Part shown: in pieces, positions 60,375 to 64,000 of the stretch
Numbering within the stretch: position 1 is the stretch's first letter
Layout: the number at the start of each line of letters is the position of its first letter
Assembly: GCA_963843845.1 (NCBI GenBank)
Contig: CAWJMB010000002.1
Coordinates: forward strand, 288,001 to 352,000
DNA length: 64,000 bases
Source: an uncultured Gemmatimonadaceae bacterium
GTDB lineage: Bacteria; Gemmatimonadota; Gemmatimonadetes; Gemmatimonadales; Gemmatimonadaceae
Direction: 5' to 3'
The notes under the pieces: generated by a model
What the model saw: the letters and a program-made list of their open reading frames with translations, nothing else
The model's database searches: none
Told to the model about the DNA's origin: nothing
Translations under genes and position numbers: made by a program

Positions 60375-61495
60375 TCAGTTGTAACGGTAGACGACTTTCC
60401 CGAACCGCGCGGGATCGTTGAACGTGCGGTCGAGGAACGGCGCGACGTCGTCGCCGGTGAACACCGAGTCGACGACCGGGGCGAGGAGCCCGGCCTCGTA
60501 GTCGCGCACCGCCGCGTCCAGGTCCGCGTGGAGGCCGATGCAGTTTCCGATGATCGTCAAGTTCTTCATGATCATCTGCGTCACGATCGGGTGCATCCCG
60601 ACCGGCGTCGCGACGCCGGCCGCCTCCGCCGCGTGGCCGGTCTGGCCGGCCAGGCCGCAGCTCACGTACGAGCCGAACGGCTCGAGCAGCTCGACCGCGC
60701 GCTCGAGGTGCATGTCGAAGAACGGGTCGAACACGTGATCGAAGCCGCCGACCCGCCGCGCCAGCGCGGCGAGCGCCGCGTCGTTCGCGAAGCCGTCGCG
60801 CCCCCGCCCGACGACGACGACGTCGCCGAGGGCGAGCGCGCGCAGCCGCTCGGCGGAGCGCTCCGACGTCGTCGTCGCGTAGACCTGCGCGCCGGCGGCG
60901 CGGAGCGCGCCGAGGATGCAGAGCGACGTGTTCGACGACGCGGAGGTGACGAGCACGCGGGCCCCGGGCGCGGGGGCCACGCGGCGCACCATGCTGTACG
61001 CCGTCTGCGCGTTCAGCGCGAACGCGGCCGCCTGCTCGCTCGGCATCGCGCCCGGCACGCGGCGCAGCTGCCGCTCGTGGAAGACGAGCAGCTCCTTCGA
61101 CGCCTGATTCGTCGGCACGCCGGCCGCGACGCCCTCGGCCGTGCGCGGCCGCCCCTCGTAGTGCATGTCGGCCATGACGCGGTCGCCGGGCGCGAGGGCG
61201 CGCACGCGGTCGCCGACGGCGACGACCTCCGCGCAGAACTCCGAGCCGATCGCGATGAAGCGCGCCGACGGCACGCTCCGCATCCGCGTGATCAGCCCCT
61301 TGTCGCGGTAGTTGCACAGACGGCCTGAACCCGCACGAGCACGCCGCGTCCGTCCTCGACGCGTTCCGGCACGAAGTCGACGTCTCGCGTCGCGACGACC
61401 CCGCAGCCCACGCGCACGCCGTCGACGACGACGGTGCGGTGGGGCGACACGGCCAGCGGCGGCGACTGCGCGCCGAACACGACGAGGTTCCGCAT
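60375..61495 (-). CDS. lanJ: MDR/zinc-binding dehydrogenase, LanJ(A)-like dehydroamino-acid reductase (frameshift near 61320)
   Basis: VLVRVQA+CNYRDKG, IGSEFCAEVVAVG, GDRV, GVPTNQAS, AQTAYSM, VLVTSASSNT, RFGKVV; immediately downstream of lanM. Confidence 0.65.
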
Positions 61496-61533
61496 GAGGT
61501 GGCGTATCCGTTGGTGTGAGAGACCGTGACCGC

Positions 61534-64000
61534 TCACTCCCACACGAGGAGCGACGGGAGGACGTGGGGGTGCGCGACCCGCAGGAGCTGGTAGGCGACG
61601 CCGGCGGCGCCGTGAAACAGACCGACGGCGACGTCGTCGTCCGGCCAGCCGGTGTCGAAGCGGCCGCGCTCGACGGCGCGGTCCGCGACGGCAGCCGCCG
61701 TGCGGCGCGCGGCGTCGCGCAGCTCGGGGCGCGCGAGGCGGTCGGCGGCGAGGAGCAGGAAATCGACGCGCCCCATACGGCCGGCGCACAGCCCGTCGAC
61801 GCCGCGGTCGAGCGCGGCGAGCGTGTGCGCGACGGCGCCGTCGACCTCCCGGCGACAGTCGGTGCGACAGTCGTCACGACAGTGGACGACAGTCGACGAC
61901 AGTCGGCGCGACAGTCGGCGCGACAGTCGGCGCGACAGTCGCCGTGACAGTAATCGCGACAGTCGCCGTGACAGTAATCGCGACAGTCGCCCGCGCCGAG
62001 TCGGGCGAGTCCGACGCCGGCGGTGCCGCGGGCCCACGTCGTGTCGATGTCGACAGCGTCGGACGAGCCGCCCGACGGAGCGGCACCCGACGGAGCGGCG
62101 CCCGACAGATGGCGCTCCAGCGCCACCGCTTCGCGCGCCGCCGCGCGAGGGCCGTCGACGCCGGCCGCGCGCGCCAGCCGCGCGAGGGCGTAGGTCACCC
62201 CCGCCTGGCCGTGCGCCATCCCGGTCTCGAAGCCCCACTGCGGCGACGCCCAGCCGCGCAGCCCGCTGCCGTCGTGCGTCGTTCGCCGGGCGAGCAGTCG
62301 ATCGGCGAACCCGACCGCGTTCGCGAGCGGCGCGTCGTCGCCGCACCGCTCGTACAGCGCCGTCAGCGCGAGCACGGCGCCGGCGTGTCCGGCGAGCAGG
62401 TCGTGCGAGCCGCGCCGCTCGTCCGGGGTCATCGCCGCCCCGAGGCGTCGGGCGATCGCGAGCAGCGGCGCCTCGTCGAGCCAGGCGCTCAGCGTCGCGA
62501 GCGCGTAGAGCGTCGCGCCGATCCCCGTGCCGGCGCCGAGGTCCGCGCTCCGCTGCGTGCGGAGCGCGTGCGCGAGCCGGTCGGCGCGCGTCACGAGCGG
62601 GCGCGCGGCGGCGAGCGCGGCGGCGCGGTGCGCGGGGTCCGCGGACACGCGGGCGAGCGCGCCGAAGAAGAGGGCATAGCCGGCGGAGCCGTCGAACAGG
62701 CCGTGCGGCACCGGCGCGAGCGCGTAGCGGCGCGACGCGGGCTCGTACGACGCCGTCACCCACCCCAACTCGCCGTCCGCGCCGACCGTCGCCTGCGCGA
62801 GCAGACGCTCGGCCGTTCGTTGCGCCAGCGCGTCGGCGGCGCGCGCGAAGTCCGCGTCGGCGCAGGGCGCGCCGGCGGGCCGAACGACGGCGAGTCGCGC
62901 GGGCGCGAGTCGCGCGAGTCGCGCGAGCGCGGGTGGCGCGAGGTCGCGGCGCGCGACGTCGCGCGCCGCGTGCGCGTGGAACGCGGCGCGGATCAGCCCC
63001 ACCTGCCGACGCAAGTCGCGCGGGCCGAGCGACGCGAGGCGCTGCACCGCTTCGTCGTAGGCGGTCGCGGCGAAACACGCGTCGACGCGGACCTCGCGCG
63101 CGCCGCCGGGCAGGTGCAGCGTCGCGTCGCCGGCCGGAGCGGCGAACAGCGGCACGTCGAGCCGCTCGAGCGCGTCGCGTTCCGCGGCGACGAGCGGCCA
63201 CAGCGCGGCGCGCGCGCCGGTGACGAGGAAGGCGCGTGCCAGCGCGTCGAGCTCCGCGCTGCGCAGCGCGCCGTCGCGCAGGAACTGCGGGTGCAGGCAC
63301 CGGTCGAGCACCATCGCGTAGAGGCTCGTGTTGCGCGCGATGAAGCGCACCGGCGCGCGCCGCATGCGGTCGAGCAGCCCGCCGGGCGCCGCGAGCGCCG
63401 GGGCCTGCGCGGACACCGCCTCGTAGGCGCGCGTGAAGCCGGCGACGATGCGCTCGACGTGCGCGTCGGCGTACACCGCGCTCCGTCGACCGACGGCACG
63501 TTGTGACCGAGCGCGGCGACGGCGGCGGGGCGCGTCACGAGGCGCATGCTGTCGCCGTTCACGTCGTCCCAGCAGCGCAGCGCGGGGAGGCGATCGCTCG
63601 CGGCGCCTTCCGCGCTCGGCGCGCACGCCAGCGCGCCGATGTCGGCCGCGACGCCGGGGGTGAGAAAGCGCAGCGCCGGGAGCATGCCCACGCGGAGCAC
63701 GGACGTGTCGCACGCGCGCTGGCCGGCGGAGACCCCGCTCGTCGCGCCGTCCGCGGCGCCGTCCGCGCTCACGTCGGTGCCGTCGTCGTCCGCCACGACG
63801 AGGCGGTGCCCGACGAGCGTCTCGAGGTCGATGAGCACCGGGTGCTCGCCGGCCGCGATCAGATTCTCGAGGTGGAAGTCGGTGCCGTTGAGCGCGTAGG
63901 CGAGCGCGAGGAGCGCGCCGCACCGTTCGTAGTAGCGCGCCGCCGCGCTCGCGTCGACGCACGGCGCGGCCGCCACGAACTCCACCCACCCGTAGCCGTC
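61534..64000 (-). CDS. lanM: Class II lanthipeptide synthetase LanM, 5'-partial (frameshifts near 63480, 61890)
   Basis: Dehydratase GYGWVEFV, TDFHLENLIAAGEHPVLIDLETL, SVLRVGMLP, RFIARNT..Y, DVPLF; LanC-like GLFDGSAG, DLLAGHAG, GMAHGQAG, GLFHGAAGVAYQLLR..LPSLL. Confidence 0.9.
61854..61987. repeat. 12-copy GACAGT-core tandem repeat (12-bp period) inside lanM
   Basis: GACAGT at 61854, 61866, 61878, 61888, 61898, 61910, 61922, 61934, 61946, 61958, 61970 and 61982. Confidence 0.9.

Noticed and set aside
61854..61987. Repeat array as a possible CRISPR
   Set aside because: The period is 10-12 bp with no unique spacers and no cas genes. It is a coding tandem repeat.
60375..63989. 1204-aa ORF suggesting a LanM-dehydrogenase fusion
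   Set aside because: It results from frameshifts. LanM ends LPSLLVWE* at 61534, and the dehydrogenase has its own ATG at 61495.

Overview
Very GC-rich bacterial DNA (about 70-75% by eye). SusC/SusD pairs, PEP-CTERM genes and Tat-exported TldD/amidase point to Gemmatimonadota or a similar group (inference). Left to right: (1) 1-11.2 kb, housekeeping and transport genes, with a nucleoside-type ABC operon split by a membrane-anchored LPD1-like zincin gene. (2) 11.3-27.4 kb, a polyuronide (alginate/glucuronan) utilisation locus: AraR-type regulator, SusC, SusD, two PL38-like lyases, PL17, SDR, KdgF, ExuT-like MFS, UxuA, GH88. (3) PEP-CTERM gene, lnt, tldD/tldE. (4) A small decayed island: truncated serine resolvase and an HTH-MNT/HEPN pair. 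(5) A probable copper-uptake operon: DUF2946/CruR-like leader ORF, TonB receptor, TlpA, BNR protein. (6) PEP-CTERM gene, amidase, papain/alpha-beta-hydrolase fusion. (7) 47.2-64 kb on the minus strand, the most interesting part: an NHLP-type RiPP cluster. It has a LanM whose cyclase zinc ligands are lost, a LanJ(A)-like dehydrogenase, a possible ABBA-type prenyltransferase, a Cys-free NHLP precursor, a second double-glycine precursor missing from the ORF track (core LARAWYGRDGARA), TolC/HlyD/two ABC exporters, a periplasmic binding protein and an HExxH protein. Many single-base frameshifts, mostly beyond 44 kb, look like long-read indel errors. No rRNA, tRNA or CRISPR array was seen.
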